Assembly (NCBI GenBank): GCA_965215015.1
Contig: OZ244042.1
Coordinates: 4,320,001-4,384,000, forward strand
Reading direction: 5' to 3'
DNA length: 64,000 nucleotides
From: Candidatus Poribacteria bacterium
Lineage (GTDB): Bacteria; Poribacteria; WGA-4E; PCPOR2b
The position numbers were made by a program, and so were the translations under genes. Shown here one piece after another: positions 30,375-41,375 of this stretch (positions within the stretch are counted from its first letter, which is position 1; every line of letters begins with the position of its first letter). The notes beneath the pieces were generated by a model. That model was not told the origin of the DNA. It made no database searches and saw nothing but the letters and a program-made list of their open reading frames with translations.

Positions 30375-31649
30375 CTAGAGCTTCTTAACTATATCTACCG
30401 TTTTGGCAACGATCAAATCTTCAATCCCTTTTGCAAAGGGGGCAGGACGCAAAAAGTAGAAATGTGAGCCATCTACCTCGTATCCGCCGAGGTCATACGT
30501 CTCCTTACTCGGTACGTAAGCGATTAAGCCGTTGCTGTAGGCAACCGTAATTGTTGTTGCAGGCTGAAGCGCACTTTTGATATGCAAGCCGATTTCTGTC
30601 AGCACCTCACCACCCAGGAAGACCGCTTGCATCTCTTCGCTGAATTGGACTACCTGAATCTCTTGCGGACAACTGCTGGGCAATCCGCCAGCCTCGGATA
30701 GCTTGAGCATTTCCGATGCCCAATGTCTGATGAGTGGATTGGTGTGGTTTTCTGCCTTATCACGAAACGTCGCTTCATCGGGCAGTTCGGCGTAGGGTAG
30801 GTGATGGAATTCGCTTGTGACGCACAACCCTTCGGCGTTCACTGGAGTTGCATCTTGTCGGGACTGTACCACCTCCTCCACAATCTGTCGGGAGGCGGAT
30901 TCCAGTTCTTCGAGGGACGGTGTATTGAATTTGTTGTTTTGACCCTTAAACCACGGACGGATATTTCCTGCACAACCTGTCGCAAAAAATGACGGGGCTT
31001 GGGTTTGTTCGCTCAATGCGCGGCACAGGAAACCGGGGTAATCCCCGCCAAGCATATATCCACCTCGACTTGTTGGATGGCAGCCGAAGATTGTCAGACT
31101 GCCGATTAATTCTCCACCCGCGTTGCTAAACCAGAGTGTGTCCAGATCTCGATCCATGGGGCCATCCGGATTTGGCGCGAACCGGACGCCGCCTTCACCA
31201 TCAGGCAGGCGGCGACTGACGCCAAATTCGGAACGTCCCCGCGAAAACGCCACCGCTCCGTCAGCCTGCTGGCTTTTCGCTGTAACTGCAACGTGAACAA
31301 GCTGGTTCAGCAGAAATTCTGCATACCCCTTCTCAACCTCACCCGGCATTGCCATCGAATAGAAAAAAGGGGCACAGTGCGTGTGTGTTGCTGTCAAAAC
31401 GACCTGACGCGGTAGTAATCCGGTTGATTCTGCAATCCGATTCTTTGCAGCCGCTGCATAGGCAAGATTGTATCCGATGAGGTCTGCTGTCAGGATCAAG
31501 ACCTCGTCTGTGTCGCCGGCGATAGAGATTGCCCCGGCGTTTAGCGACTGATAGACACCTTCGGATCTGTGGTCCCGGTTCCCGTAGCCTGTCATCCAAA
31601 CGGGGTACTGTGGGGTTATATCGATGCTCGCAATACCGATTTTTGTCAT
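30375..31649 (-). CDS. Neutral/alkaline ceramidase-like hydrolase
   Basis: DITP..PV.M.GY, ATHTHCAP, GCHPT, GDYPG, GCAGN and YVPS....GGYE motifs. Confidence 0.8.
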   Translation of the reverse strand: MTKIGIASIDITPQYPVWMTGYGNRDHRSEGVYQSLNAGAISIAGDTDEVLILTADLIGYNLAYAAAAKNRIAESTGLLPRQVVLTATHTHCAPFFYSMAMPGEVEKGYAEFLLNQLVHVAVTAKSQQADGAVAFSRGRSEFGVSRRLPDGEGGVRFAPNPDGPMDRDLDTLWFSNAGGELIGSLTIFGCHPTSRGGYMLGGDYPGFLCRALSEQTQAPSFFATGCAGNIRPWFKGQNNKFNTPSLEELESASRQIVEEVVQSRQDATPVNAEGLCVTSEFHHLPYAELPDEATFRDKAENHTNPLIRHWASEMLKLSEAGGLPSSCPQEIQVVQFSEEMQAVFLGGEVLTEIGLHIKSALQPATTITVAYSNGLIAYVPSKETYDLGGYEVDGSHFYFLRPAPFAKGIEDLIVAKTVDIVKKL

Positions 31650-31759
31650 GAATTTCCTCCCCTGTCAGAGATGCTGTAATTCTTCATCTATATCAATCGC
31701 TGCTGGGAAATACTTGGACCAACTTCCCCGTAATGAGATCGCAGATGTTTTCGCTTCTT

Positions 31760-31884
31760 TAGGAGTTACACACTTGAGTTTGTAATAGCGCAATTCAACC
31801 CACCTCTTTAGGGTAGTATGCACACGCCGTATGCTGTCCCCCTTCCCCTTACGAGGGTCTGAGCGTCCAACTGCGTAAGTCCTA
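31760..31884. mobile_element. MITE family A, copy 3
   Basis: TIRs TAGGAGTTACACA / TGCGTAAGTCCTA; flanks TTCTT / TCCTT. Confidence 0.7.
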
Positions 31885-32176
31885 TCCTTTTTGAAATCAT
31901 CGGTTTTTTTATTTTACCACAATTGAGCATATCGGACAAGTACGAAGCGGTTATGGGCAGGGCAATCGCATGTAAATATTGTGTAGAACTTTGGTATACG
32001 ACAATCGAAATCTATTCGTAGCCACAGGTTTCCTAACCTGTGCTCTCCGCATTCACTTGTGCGTTTGCATATTTCTAGGTGCTTATAATATTGCACCGGA
32101 GAGAAAAAATCGGATATACTTAATGGCTGAGAATTAAAACGCATTTTATTAAGTTATTTATAGGCAGGAGAGATAG

Positions 32177-33580
32177 ATGACACAGAAAACGATGTTTGAA
32201 AAAATTTGGGATGCACACATCGTCCACGAAATACCGGGCGAAACAACAATCCTCTATATTGATACGCATCTCGTTCACGAAATTACCTCTGCACAGGCGT
32301 TTGAAGGCCTCCGCCTCACAGGCCGAAAGGTGCGCCGCCCGGATCTTACTTTTGCAACCATGGATCACAACGTGCCGACCACGGATCGATTTCTCCCAAT
32401 CCAAGATCAGATTGCCGCCAAACAGATGGAGGTATTGGCACAGAATTGCGCCGAAACCGGTATCACCTTATATGACCTGCATAGCCCCAATCAGGGCATC
32501 GTGCATGTGATTGGCCCCGAACTGGGTATCACCCAACCCGGGAAGACAATCGTTTGCGGGGACAGCCACACCTCAACACATGGGGCGTTGGGTGCGCTTG
32601 CCATCGGCATTGGAACCAGTGAAGTGGAGCATGTCTTAGCGACCCAGTGCCTCTTGCAGCAACGTCCCCAAACCTTCAAGGTCGAGGTTGACGGAAAGCT
32701 GGGACGCGGGGTTACTGCAAAGGATATTATTCTGGGGATTATCGGCAAGATCGGGACCGCCGGCGGAACCGGCTCAGTGATTGAATACACCGGCTCAGCC
32801 ATTCGGGCGTTGAGCGTTGAGGAACGGATGACAGTTTGCAATATGTCCATTGAAGCGGGTGCGCGTGCCGGCATGATCGCCCCCGATGACAAAACGTACG
32901 AATACCTCGCTGGACGTGAATTTTGCCCGCAGGGTGAGGCGTTCGATCGTGCGGTCGAAGCATGGAAACAGTTGCCAACAGACGAGGGAGCGGTCTACGA
33001 CAAATCGATTGCTATTGACGCTGCAACCCTCGCACCCCAGGTGACATGGGGAACGAATCCGGGGATGGTCACTGAGGTAACGGGACAGGTGCCGGATCCG
33101 GATCAGATGCCAACATCGGATCAGAAACGGGCAGCGGAGCACGCCTTGGTGTATATGGACTTAAAACCGCTGACGCAGGTTGAGGATATTCAGATCGATA
33201 AGGTGTTTATCGGGAGTTGCACCAATTCTCGAATTGAGGACCTCCGCGTTGCCGCTGAGGTTGCTAAGGGAAAAAAGGTCGCCCCAACGGTGAACGCGCT
33301 TGTTGTGCCGGGGTCACAGGCGGTCAAGCGACAGGCGGAAGCGGAAGGCTTGGACGAGATTTTCCGCGCGGCAGGATTTGAATGGCGTGAGTCCGGCTGT
33401 AGCATGTGTCTCGGCATGAACCCGGATATCCTGATGCCGGGCGAACGGTGTGCCAGCACATCGAACCGAAATTTTGAGGGAAGACAAGGCAAGGGAGGAC
33501 GGACGCATCTGGTCAGTCCGCAGATGGCTGCGGGGGCTGCGATTGCTGGGCATTTTGTGGATATTCGGACGTGGGAGTAG
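32177..33580 (+). CDS. leuC: 3-isopropylmalate dehydratase large subunit
   Basis: [41 protein letters not shown] and [12 protein letters not shown] motifs. Confidence 0.96.
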   Translation: MTQKTMFEKIWDAHIVHEIPGETTILYIDTHLVHEITSAQAFEGLRLTGRKVRRPDLTFATMDHNVPTTDRFLPIQDQIAAKQMEVLAQNCAETGITLYDLHSPNQGIVHVIGPELGITQPGKTIVCGDSHTSTHGALGALAIGIGTSEVEHVLATQCLLQQRPQTFKVEVDGKLGRGVTAKDIILGIIGKIGTAGGTGSVIEYTGSAIRALSVEERMTVCNMSIEAGARAGMIAPDDKTYEYLAGREFCPQGEAFDRAVEAWKQLPTDEGAVYDKSIAIDAATLAPQVTWGTNPGMVTEVTGQVPDPDQMPTSDQKRAAEHALVYMDLKPLTQVEDIQIDKVFIGSCTNSRIEDLRVAAEVAKGKKVAPTVNALVVPGSQAVKRQAEAEGLDEIFRAAGFEWRESGCSMCLGMNPDILMPGERCASTSNRNFEGRQGKGGRTHLVSPQMAAGAAIAGHFVDIRTWE

Positions 33581-33597
33581 GGCGGGGAAATTATACT

Positions 33598-34608
33598 CTA
33601 TCTACTCAACAGCAAAAGCGCGTCCCGAGCAGCAGTATTTCCTTGTCGAGCGGCTCTTCGATACCATTTGACCGCCTCTCCATTGTTCTTGCTACGCCTA
33701 TACTTTATCCCAAGAGAGAGCTGGGCTCGGGCACTACCTTTCTCGGCACGCAATTTCAATTGTTCTAGAGCTGCTGCGTCTTGTTTTGGGACTGTTGCAT
33801 CAGTCCGTCGAGGCCGGGCAGCCTTCACCTTCGATTGGTTTCTACCGCCCTCGCGTCTATACTCCCGCATTCCCCTTCCACTGCTTCTTTGCATTGTACC
33901 GGCTCTATTGGTTTGCTTCAGGTGCTTCCTATGTGAGTTCTTTGGTTTTCCTGAATTTTTCTTCTTCTTAACCTGAACACTTGCACAGTTATCTGACAAA
34001 TGCTCACCCTTACCTCCCTGAAAATCCCGGATGGAGGTCTGTTGTTTGGTTGCCCTGAGTTTCTCCTCTGCATTACGCTGCTTCTCCGCCTCGCGTCGAC
34101 ATTTCTGTTCTGCCTCCCATTGACGCTTTTTCACCGCGCCATCCGCTTCCCGTCTAAATCTTTTGGCTTCCCTAAGTTTCTCCTCCGCTTCCAATCTTAG
34201 CATCTCTGCTTGAATATGCTTCAGTTCAGTAAATTCATCGTCCTCTGTTAGCCCTGCTACTTTATTACGTTTGGAGTCAGTAAATTTGTCATTGAGTGCC
34301 TTGAGTTGTTCTGTCATCATTGCCCTTAGCTCTTCAACTATCTGCTCATCTCGTGAATAAAGTGGTTCCTCAATAAACTTTAGCAGATCGATAGTCTCCT
34401 CTTTACCCTTTAACAGACTGTGGCAGTTTCCACAGAGTGTCAAGCCGTTATCAAGTTCGGTGGCAAAGCCAGGGTATTTCACTAACGATTTGATGTGGTG
34501 GATTTGGAGATTAGTATCAAATCCGCATCGACGACAGGCATTTTCATCGCGCTGTCTAACATCTTGTCTCCACTGTTGGTATTCTGCTGATGTGCGATCA
34601 TTTGGCAC
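33598..34608 (-). CDS. HNH endonuclease fused to a coiled-coil/basic linker and a C-terminal SEL1-like repeat
   Basis: RDENACRRCG..LQIHHIK..DNGLTLCGNCH; AEKGSARAQLSLG..EAVKWYRRAARQGN. Confidence 0.8.
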   Translation of the reverse strand: MPNDRTSAEYQQWRQDVRQRDENACRRCGFDTNLQIHHIKSLVKYPGFATELDNGLTLCGNCHSLLKGKEETIDLLKFIEEPLYSRDEQIVEELRAMMTEQLKALNDKFTDSKRNKVAGLTEDDEFTELKHIQAEMLRLEAEEKLREAKRFRREADGAVKKRQWEAEQKCRREAEKQRNAEEKLRATKQQTSIRDFQGGKGEHLSDNCASVQVKKKKNSGKPKNSHRKHLKQTNRAGTMQRSSGRGMREYRREGGRNQSKVKAARPRRTDATVPKQDAAALEQLKLRAEKGSARAQLSLGIKYRRSKNNGEAVKWYRRAARQGNTAARDALLLLSR

Positions 34609-34646
34609 TGGGAGGCTCCTTTTTCATTGACCAATTTCAATGATTT

Positions 34647-35420
34647 TCAAGTTTGTTCACATGAATCAACAATCCGCAGCAGATGACTTGCCAAAACTAT
34701 CACTTCAACTGCTTCTTCTGCAGTCACATTAACATTTCGGTGACTGCCGGGATTTTTATAGGACCCAATTGCACCAGCAAATAGATCGGATCTAGCCTGC
34801 CTTTCTGATTTGGGTTGATTGGAATCGGTTAACTTACCCGTATCGGTGTGAAAGGCTTTACGCATCAAATCTAACCCATAATCCGTGTCGGCATAGCCCC
34901 CAGCTTTGCGGACAGCGATTTCAACCTCTTTGAACCCTTGAAAAATGGCGGTATCATAGTCACCTCGTAAAAACGTTGCCCATACTTTTTGGGCGATTAT
35001 GGGATGAAGTTGATCTCTCGGTAAAAGGTCTGCCTTGCGATAAGCTACTAGGTCCTCACGCGTTTTGATTGTCTGCCCTCGTCTTGTGACGAAGTATCTA
35101 GTTCGCGTACTGACGGATGTTTCGTCTGGTAAGCGAGTTGGTCTTGGGACAATAAACCCTTCCCTTTCCAACCACTGCCAAGCCTCCATGAGTGCAAAGA
35201 GAATTTTCTCGTCACGTGCAGGGGGATATCTTTGACGCATCTCTCCTGGTTTACCCTCGAATGACCTTGACATGAGATCGGATGATATGACCTCGTCCCG
35301 AGCTATACGTTGATTACCCTCTAAAGATACTAAGAGCACTCCGGCAAGGTCCTCTGGTTCAAGGCTTAATAAAGAATCTGCGTCTTGAAGTATATCAAAT
35401 AGCTTTGAGAATATTTGCAT
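34647..35420 (-). CDS. TIGR02391 family protein with an N-terminal winged-helix-like domain
   Basis: LHP.I....F..GDYDTAIFQGFKEVE..VR, G.DLMRKAF and FAGAIGSYKNPGSHR motifs. Confidence 0.8.
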   Translation of the reverse strand: MQIFSKLFDILQDADSLLSLEPEDLAGVLLVSLEGNQRIARDEVISSDLMSRSFEGKPGEMRQRYPPARDEKILFALMEAWQWLEREGFIVPRPTRLPDETSVSTRTRYFVTRRGQTIKTREDLVAYRKADLLPRDQLHPIIAQKVWATFLRGDYDTAIFQGFKEVEIAVRKAGGYADTDYGLDLMRKAFHTDTGKLTDSNQPKSERQARSDLFAGAIGSYKNPGSHRNVNVTAEEAVEVIVLASHLLRIVDSCEQT

Positions 35421-35511
35421 GGTATATTACCTTCCTTCGTTGTCCTTGTCATGTCAGAATTTGGCAGTGAGATTTAGCAAATATGGATTAAAGCTGATAA
35501 CAGCGAGTCCG

Positions 35512-35751
35512 TCAATGCCACTTGGCAAGCTGGTTCTGTGCTGAGACATTGCCAGCCTCAGCGGCTTTACGATACCATTTGACTGCCTCGGCATTGTCTT
35601 GAGGGATACATTTTGATACATCCAACCAAGGTCATTTTGGGCTGCGGGATACGCCTTGCTTGGCAGGTTGTCGCAATTGCTTTAATGTTCCCGTTTTTCG
35701 GGCTTGTCCTTTTGGCTTCAATCCGTTGGTATTCTGATGATATGAGGGCAT
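35512..35751 (-). pseudogene. Frameshifted SEL1-repeat protein remnant
   Basis: Three segments joined across two frameshifts: LRQPAKQG / PAAQNDLGWMYQN / IPQDNAEAVKWYRKAAEAGNVSAQNQLA. Confidence 0.7.
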
Positions 35752-35784
35752 CTGGCGTGGGAATTTTCCTTAAAATCTGCCTTG

Positions 35785-36561
35785 TTACGCTTGACCAATC
35801 ATACCTTCCCAAGGGCTCGATGCTGTTGCGTAGAGTTTTCTCGGAATCCGTCCCGCCAGGAATGCCTCCCTGCCCGCTTCGACCGCCTTTCGCATGGCGG
35901 TTGCCATCAGTACCGGTTGACGTGCTTTGGCAACCGCGGTACTGAGTAAGACGCCATCGCAGCCAAGTTCCATCGCAATCGCCGCATCGGAAGCGGTCCC
36001 GACGCCCGCATCAACGATGACAGGGACGCTGACGGTGTCGCGGATAATCTGAATGTTGTACGGGTTGCGAATGCCCATGCCGGACCCAATCGGTGCACCC
36101 AACGGCATCACCGTCACACACCCGATGTCTTCCAACTTCTTGCACGTAATCGGATCATCGTTGCAGTAGGGCATCACGGTGAACCCATCTTTGACCAACG
36201 TTGCAGCTGCGGGTAACAACTGCTCAACATCGGGAAATAGGGTCTGGTCGTCGCCGATGACCTCTAACTTGACGAGTGAGGTTTCGAGTGCCTCGCGTGC
36301 AAGTTGCGCTGTCAACACAGCGTCTTTTGCCGTAAAGCAGCCTGAAGTGTTCGGTAAAATTGTATATCCCTTCTCGCGGAGGAGGTTGAACAGATTTTCC
36401 CCTAAAGTATCGCTGAGTTTCACCCGGCGCATAGCAACGGTGGCGATTTCTGCACCACTCGCTTCAAGTGACCGCATCATCAGGTCAAAGTTAGGGTAAC
36501 CGGCTGTGCCGATTAGCAGTCGTGATTGATAAACGGTATCACCAATTTTGATTCCTTCCAT
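35785..36561 (-). CDS. thiG: Thiazole synthase
   Basis: [34 protein letters not shown] and [11 protein letters not shown] motifs. Confidence 0.96.
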   Translation of the reverse strand: MEGIKIGDTVYQSRLLIGTAGYPNFDLMMRSLEASGAEIATVAMRRVKLSDTLGENLFNLLREKGYTILPNTSGCFTAKDAVLTAQLAREALETSLVKLEVIGDDQTLFPDVEQLLPAAATLVKDGFTVMPYCNDDPITCKKLEDIGCVTVMPLGAPIGSGMGIRNPYNIQIIRDTVSVPVIVDAGVGTASDAAIAMELGCDGVLLSTAVAKARQPVLMATAMRKAVEAGREAFLAGRIPRKLYATASSPWEGMIGQA

Positions 36562-37342
36562 TTTTTCCCTCTTTCGCCATCATTTGAAGTCTTCTCAACC
36601 CAATCTTGACGTAATCTTCTTCTATCTCTATCCCAATTGATTGACGCCCTAATTTTTTTGCGACAAAAGATGTCGTAAATGTGCCAGCGAAAGGGTCAAG
36701 AACGAGATCACCGGGGTTTGAACTTGCGCGAACAATTCGTTCAAGTAGCGCAACGGGTTTTTGAGTCGGATGTTGTTCATACTCATCCATTCTGTAACGG
36801 ACACGCGGAAAGTCCCAAACATTACCCGGCACTTTTCTTGAACTGTATTGTGTGGGGACTGATTTTCGATAATCAATTAATTTGCGCTTTGCTCCTGTCT
36901 TTGCTTCAACAAGGATGTCATCTGCATTGAAAGTGTATCGCTGCTTATCTTTCACACAGAATAGGATGGGTTCATATAGAGAACCGTAATATTTTTTCGC
37001 TTGGACCCCCGAACTATCGTACGACCAAACAATACGAGACAGGATACAAATTTTGTCCCGAAGGTAGAGGTCAAAATAGGGCATATTCTGGGTGGCAGCC
37101 ATGAGATAGAAACTACCTTTATTTTTCAGTTTACGAAGGCAAAGGTCAATCCACTTATAGCACCATTCAAGGTATATCTCTTCAGAAGTCCACTTATCCT
37201 TTCTACCGTTGAAGTTTTTGCCGATATTGTAGGGAGGGTCTGCAAAAATTAAGTCTACTGAGCTATCAGAAATTTTTCTGGACAAGACTTCAAGTGTATC
37301 CCCCCAAATTATCAGATGGTTCCCGTTTTCCAAGGCTTCCAT
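36539..37342 (-). CDS. yhdJ: DNA adenine methyltransferase, YhdJ-like (beta class)
   Basis: [51 protein letters not shown] and VLDPFAG, closely resembling E. coli YhdJ as recalled. Confidence 0.85.
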   Translation of the reverse strand: MEALENGNHLIIWGDTLEVLSRKISDSSVDLIFADPPYNIGKNFNGRKDKWTSEEIYLEWCYKWIDLCLRKLKNKGSFYLMAATQNMPYFDLYLRDKICILSRIVWSYDSSGVQAKKYYGSLYEPILFCVKDKQRYTFNADDILVEAKTGAKRKLIDYRKSVPTQYSSRKVPGNVWDFPRVRYRMDEYEQHPTQKPVALLERIVRASSNPGDLVLDPFAGTFTTSFVAKKLGRQSIGIEIEEDYVKIGLRRLQMMAKEGKNGRNQNW

Positions 37343-37367
37343 AACTTTCTCATTTCGGATTAAAGGC

Positions 37368-37574
37368 CTAGCCTCCCTGTGCTGCTCGAATAATCTCGAT
37401 TTCGCTTTCGGGTTGGATTTCCGTTTCCCCCCACTCGTTTCTGAGAATTACTTCTTGGTTGACTGCGACAGCAATGCCCGGTCGAGAGGGATTTATTTTT
37501 AGGTCCAAAAGCAGCTGATGGAGGGTTAATCCCGGTAAAACTTTTTTGGTTTCGCCGTTTACTTTTATGTTCAT
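37368..37574 (-). CDS. thiS: Sulfur carrier protein
   Basis: 68 aa, IAVAVN, C-terminal GG. Confidence 0.93.
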   Translation of the reverse strand: MNIKVNGETKKVLPGLTLHQLLLDLKINPSRPGIAVAVNQEVILRNEWGETEIQPESEIEIIRAAQGG

Positions 37575-37589
37575 GTGCTTCTCTCCTAA

Positions 37590-38747
37590 TTACCCAAACC
37601 GAGATAGTTGAAAAGGCGCGATGGTTTCCGAAGTTTCCCCTGTTAGGATGAGCGAAGCGATTTCACGGGCAGTGATGGGGGTAAGCAGGATGCCGTTGCG
37701 GTAGTGTCCGGTTGCCATAATGAGATTTTCGACGCCCGTTTCGCCGAGAATCGGCGCGTTGTCTCGACTACCGGGACGCAAACCGGTCCATGTCTCCAGG
37801 ACTGGGAGATCATATATTCCCGGGACAGCTTCCCAAGTGCCTCTGAGGAGTTCAAATAAGCCGCCCGCCGTCAGGCGTGTGTCGAATCCCATCTCTTCAC
37901 TCGTCGCGCCAATTACCAAACGACCGTCATCTTTTGGTACCAGATAGACATCCGCCGGATATTTGGCACGCGGCGCACGGATGACCTTTTGCAGAATAAT
38001 TCCCTCCTCCATCTGCAATGCGAGCATCTGCCCCTTAACAGGACGGACAGGGGGTTGCACGGCTTTCGGTAGGCCGTCAATATCACTTGACCAGCAGCCC
38101 GCTGCCAGCACAATGACCTCGGCTTCTTCTAAATTGCCTTTGACCCAAACTCCTTTTGCTTTTCCATCTACAATTTCAATTTTGTCAACAGGTGTGTTTT
38201 CGTATAGTGTCCCGTTTGCTTTCTGATATGCTCCAATTAATGCGTCGACCATCGCCCGGTTATCAACCTGATGGTCATCTCTACTCCAAATAGCCGCAGT
38301 AATTTTGGGAGAGAGCAGTGGCTCCATCTCACGCGCTTCTGCGCCGGTGAGCCACTCAACTTTCAGATTTAAGAGTTGTTGAGATTCGTAGTGGTGTTCC
38401 AATTCACGCGCATCGTCTCGATCTACCCCGACGATGAGTGTGCCTTCAGCGCGGTAGCCGACGTTCATCTGACTGTCGGTCTCTAACTCGGCAACCCACT
38501 CTGGATACATCCGAGAACTCTGAACACCTAATTTGAGGAGGTCTCGTTCCTCAAAGTGGACTTCCGCGTGTGGTGCTAACATCCCTGCAGCTGCCCACGA
38601 TGCTGCGCGTCCAGTCTGATCGCGTTCATAGATCGAGACGACGCAACTCGCCTTCGCTAGTTGCCAACCGATACCGAGCCCGATTACCCCACCGCCAATG
38701 ATAATTACCCGCTTATTTGAATGTGTGTTGTAGATTGGCGTAGTCAT
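37590..38747 (-). CDS. thiO: Glycine oxidase
   Basis: IIGGGVIG, ASWAAAGML, PVKGQ, GLRP and GHYRNGILL motifs. Confidence 0.93.
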   Translation of the reverse strand: MTTPIYNTHSNKRVIIIGGGVIGLGIGWQLAKASCVVSIYERDQTGRAASWAAAGMLAPHAEVHFEERDLLKLGVQSSRMYPEWVAELETDSQMNVGYRAEGTLIVGVDRDDARELEHHYESQQLLNLKVEWLTGAEAREMEPLLSPKITAAIWSRDDHQVDNRAMVDALIGAYQKANGTLYENTPVDKIEIVDGKAKGVWVKGNLEEAEVIVLAAGCWSSDIDGLPKAVQPPVRPVKGQMLALQMEEGIILQKVIRAPRAKYPADVYLVPKDDGRLVIGATSEEMGFDTRLTAGGLFELLRGTWEAVPGIYDLPVLETWTGLRPGSRDNAPILGETGVENLIMATGHYRNGILLTPITAREIASLILTGETSETIAPFQLSRFG

Positions 38748-38814
38748 AATTAACAGACTTCCAAGCCATCCCCCAATCGGATGAACTTCCCCCGGAACGG
38801 GGGATTATTACAGA

Positions 38815-39009
38815 GGTCATGTTAAGAAATTGTGCAGCAGCCCCGAGTTTTTTTTTGGAAAAACTCGGGGACTCTTTGCGTTTTGCACTGTTTTTTAACC
38901 CCGTAGGTCGGGCTTCCAGGCCCGGCAGTACCAACGAACTAATAGTTTTCACGTTTCAGGCATCACATTTGACGCTTTTTGCGTTTGGCCCTTTCTTTTG
39001 ACATGAGCC
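38815..39009. mobile_element. Degenerate MITE-like element
   Basis: Ends GGTCATGTTAAG / TTTGACATGAGCC; internal palindrome CCCCGAGTTTTT..AAAAACTCGGGG and GTAGGTCGGGC..GCCCGGC. Confidence 0.45.
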
Positions 39010-39087
39010 ATTACAGATAGCTGTCTTTCTAATTTTAGCGTACTTTCACCCCTTCTACAATGAAAAAATATCTATTTGGAAATTCCG

Positions 39088-39117
39088 TTGCGTATTTCTA
39101 TCTATTTGTGCTATACT
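39088..39117 (+). promoter_or_regulatory. Sigma70-like promoter of rpsA
   Basis: TTGCGT-18 nt-TATACT with an extended -10 TG. Confidence 0.5.
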
Positions 39118-39246
39118 ATATATGTTTAACTAATGTCAGAAGTTTGACCTAATATCGGTCAGTAGTCACCTTGAAAAAAGGAGGAGCTGGTGAATCAAAT
39201 CTATCAAATCTAGTGCCGTCATCAGGTTTTGAATAGAGCCAGTCAC

Positions 39247-41310
39247 ATGATGAACGAGGATTCAAAAAAGGAACAGGAAACAACAGATCAGCCCGCAGTC
39301 GAAGTGGAAATCACTTCTGCAGTTGAAACTGAGGGGGAGTTGGAAACTTCTCCTGAAAGTGACAACGACACTCAGTTAGAGGATCAATCTGCTGAAGAGC
39401 ATCATCCACAAGATGCGGAACAGCGGGTGCAGCCAACGGAAGGGATGGAGGAAAAGGGCGAGAGGGCTCCTCTGTCTGAGGGTGAATCGGACGAAGCCCA
39501 GGCGACCGATGAAACTCCTTCTGTTGATGAGTCCGCAGTAGTAGAGGCATCTGCTGAGGCGCCAGAAGGGACATCGGAGCTCGCCGAGATCGAATCCCTT
39601 GAGGAAGCCTATGATAATTCCCTGAGAGCTTTTTCAGAGGGGGAAATCGTTAAGGGAACGGTGATTAATGTCGATCATGATGAAGTTATGGTCGACATTG
39701 GGTTCAAATCAGAAGGATATATTCCAGTATCAGAATTTGGGGTCGATGAAAACCGTATGCCTGCCGTAAATGTCGGTGACCAGATTGACGTGTACATCGT
39801 CCGCAGAGAAGATGCCGAGGGTCAGCTGGTTTTATCCAAAGAGATTGCCGACCAGAAATTGGTTTGGGACGAAATCACTGAGGCTTACGAAGCGGGACGA
39901 GTTGTGACAGGAACCGTCGTGCAGCGCATTAAGGGTGGACTGCAGGTAAATCTCGGTAAATTACGGGCTTTCCTGCCCGCATCTCAGATTGAGTTACGGC
40001 CTCCACAAAATTTTGAACAATATATTGGTCAGACCCTTGAAGCAAAAGTTGTTAAGCTTAGCAAGCGTCGCCGTAATATTGTCCTGTCCCGACGTGTAAT
40101 CCTTGAAGAGGAGTTGGCAGCGCAAAAGACCGCTCTCTTTGAGAATCTTGCAACAAACCAAATTCGATCCGGAGTTGTAAAGAGTATCACCACTTTTGGT
40201 GCGTTTGTTGACCTTGGTGGTATTGATGGATTGCTCCACAAAACAGATATGTCGTGGCGTCGAGTCAACCATCCGTCCGAGGTCGTTTCGGTGGGGGAGG
40301 AAATAGAGGTGATGGTCATCTCTGTTGACCGCGACACCGAAAAGGTCTCCCTTGGATTAAAACAGAAGACGGTGGATCCATGGGAGTCCGTTGAAGAGAA
40401 ATATCCTATCGGCTCCACTGTTACAGGAAAAGTGGTTGGCATTGTCAACTATGGGGCATTTCTTGAGCTGGAGGAGGGTGTCGAAGGACTGATCCATATA
40501 TCGGAGATGTCTTGGACACGCCGCAACATTGCGCCATCAAAGGTTGTCACAAAGGACGATGGTATTGACGCAGTTGTTCTGGATATAGACAAAGGCAATC
40601 AGAAGCTATCTCTTGGATTGAAGCAACTTCATCCCAATCCGTGGGAGCTTTTGGAGACGAAATATCCCGTCGGGACCAAGCTCACAGGGCGTGTGCGCAA
40701 CCTGACCAATTTTGGTGCCTTCGTCGAAATTGAGGAGGGAATTGATGGTTTAATCCATATTTCTGATCTTTCTTGGCTGAAGCGGATTGTTGACCCTCGC
40801 GAGGTACTGAAAGAAGGCGATGAGGTTGAAGTCATGGTTTTAATCATCGATCCTGCGCAGCAGAAAATTTCTTTAGGGCTTAAACAGATCGAGCCGGATC
40901 CATGGATAGAAGTTCCGAATAAGTACAAAATTGGATCCGTGGTACGTGGAAAGGTTGTGAACATAACTAGCTTCGGTGTGTTTGCACAGCTCGAAGAGGA
41001 CATCGAAGGGCTCATCCACATTTCTGAGATTGCTGAACAGCGGATTGACAAGCCAGAAGATATCGTTTCGGTTGGCGAAGAATTGAATCTGAAAGTGATT
41101 CACCTAGATCCAACTGAACGGCGCATCGGTCTGTCTTTAAAAGCCGCACAGGCTGAACAGGAGCGTGCGACCATTACTCAGTATCAACGAGAACAAGAGG
41201 AGCGTTCCCAGTCTCCACAAAAAGACCGGGAGAAACTGACAGCGTTTGGAGGATTATTACAGGAAGAACTAAATAAATCGGATTCCGAAGAGACTTCTGA
41301 AGAAAATTGA
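39247..41310 (+). CDS. rpsA: 30S ribosomal protein S1 with an acidic N-terminal extension
   Basis: Six S1 repeats (VDIGFKSEG, AFLPASQI, GLLHKTDMSW, GLIHISEMSW, GLIHISDLSW, GLIHISEI). Confidence 0.96.
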   Translation: MMNEDSKKEQETTDQPAVEVEITSAVETEGELETSPESDNDTQLEDQSAEEHHPQDAEQRVQPTEGMEEKGERAPLSEGESDEAQATDETPSVDESAVVEASAEAPEGTSELAEIESLEEAYDNSLRAFSEGEIVKGTVINVDHDEVMVDIGFKSEGYIPVSEFGVDENRMPAVNVGDQIDVYIVRREDAEGQLVLSKEIADQKLVWDEITEAYEAGRVVTGTVVQRIKGGLQVNLGKLRAFLPASQIELRPPQNFEQYIGQTLEAKVVKLSKRRRNIVLSRRVILEEELAAQKTALFENLATNQIRSGVVKSITTFGAFVDLGGIDGLLHKTDMSWRRVNHPSEVVSVGEEIEVMVISVDRDTEKVSLGLKQKTVDPWESVEEKYPIGSTVTGKVVGIVNYGAFLELEEGVEGLIHISEMSWTRRNIAPSKVVTKDDGIDAVVLDIDKGNQKLSLGLKQLHPNPWELLETKYPVGTKLTGRVRNLTNFGAFVEIEEGIDGLIHISDLSWLKRIVDPREVLKEGDEVEVMVLIIDPAQQKISLGLKQIEPDPWIEVPNKYKIGSVVRGKVVNITSFGVFAQLEEDIEGLIHISEIAEQRIDKPEDIVSVGEELNLKVIHLDPTERRIGLSLKAAQAEQERATITQYQREQEERSQSPQKDREKLTAFGGLLQEELNKSDSEETSEEN

Positions 41311-41375
41311 CACGTAAGCGTTCAGTTTGAACTTGAGTGCTTGCGTGAACTATTCCACATTATTTCAAATTGTAG

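Noticed and set aside
31650-31960. Possible small antitoxin-like gene (..SLRGSWSKYFP..DIDEEL) broken by MITE copy 3
   Set aside because: Too short and not reconstructable with confidence
38748-39050. TPP riboswitch upstream of thiO
   Set aside because: No CTGAGA / ACCTGA / CGTAGGGA motifs on the - strand; the hairpins belong to dispersed repeat families
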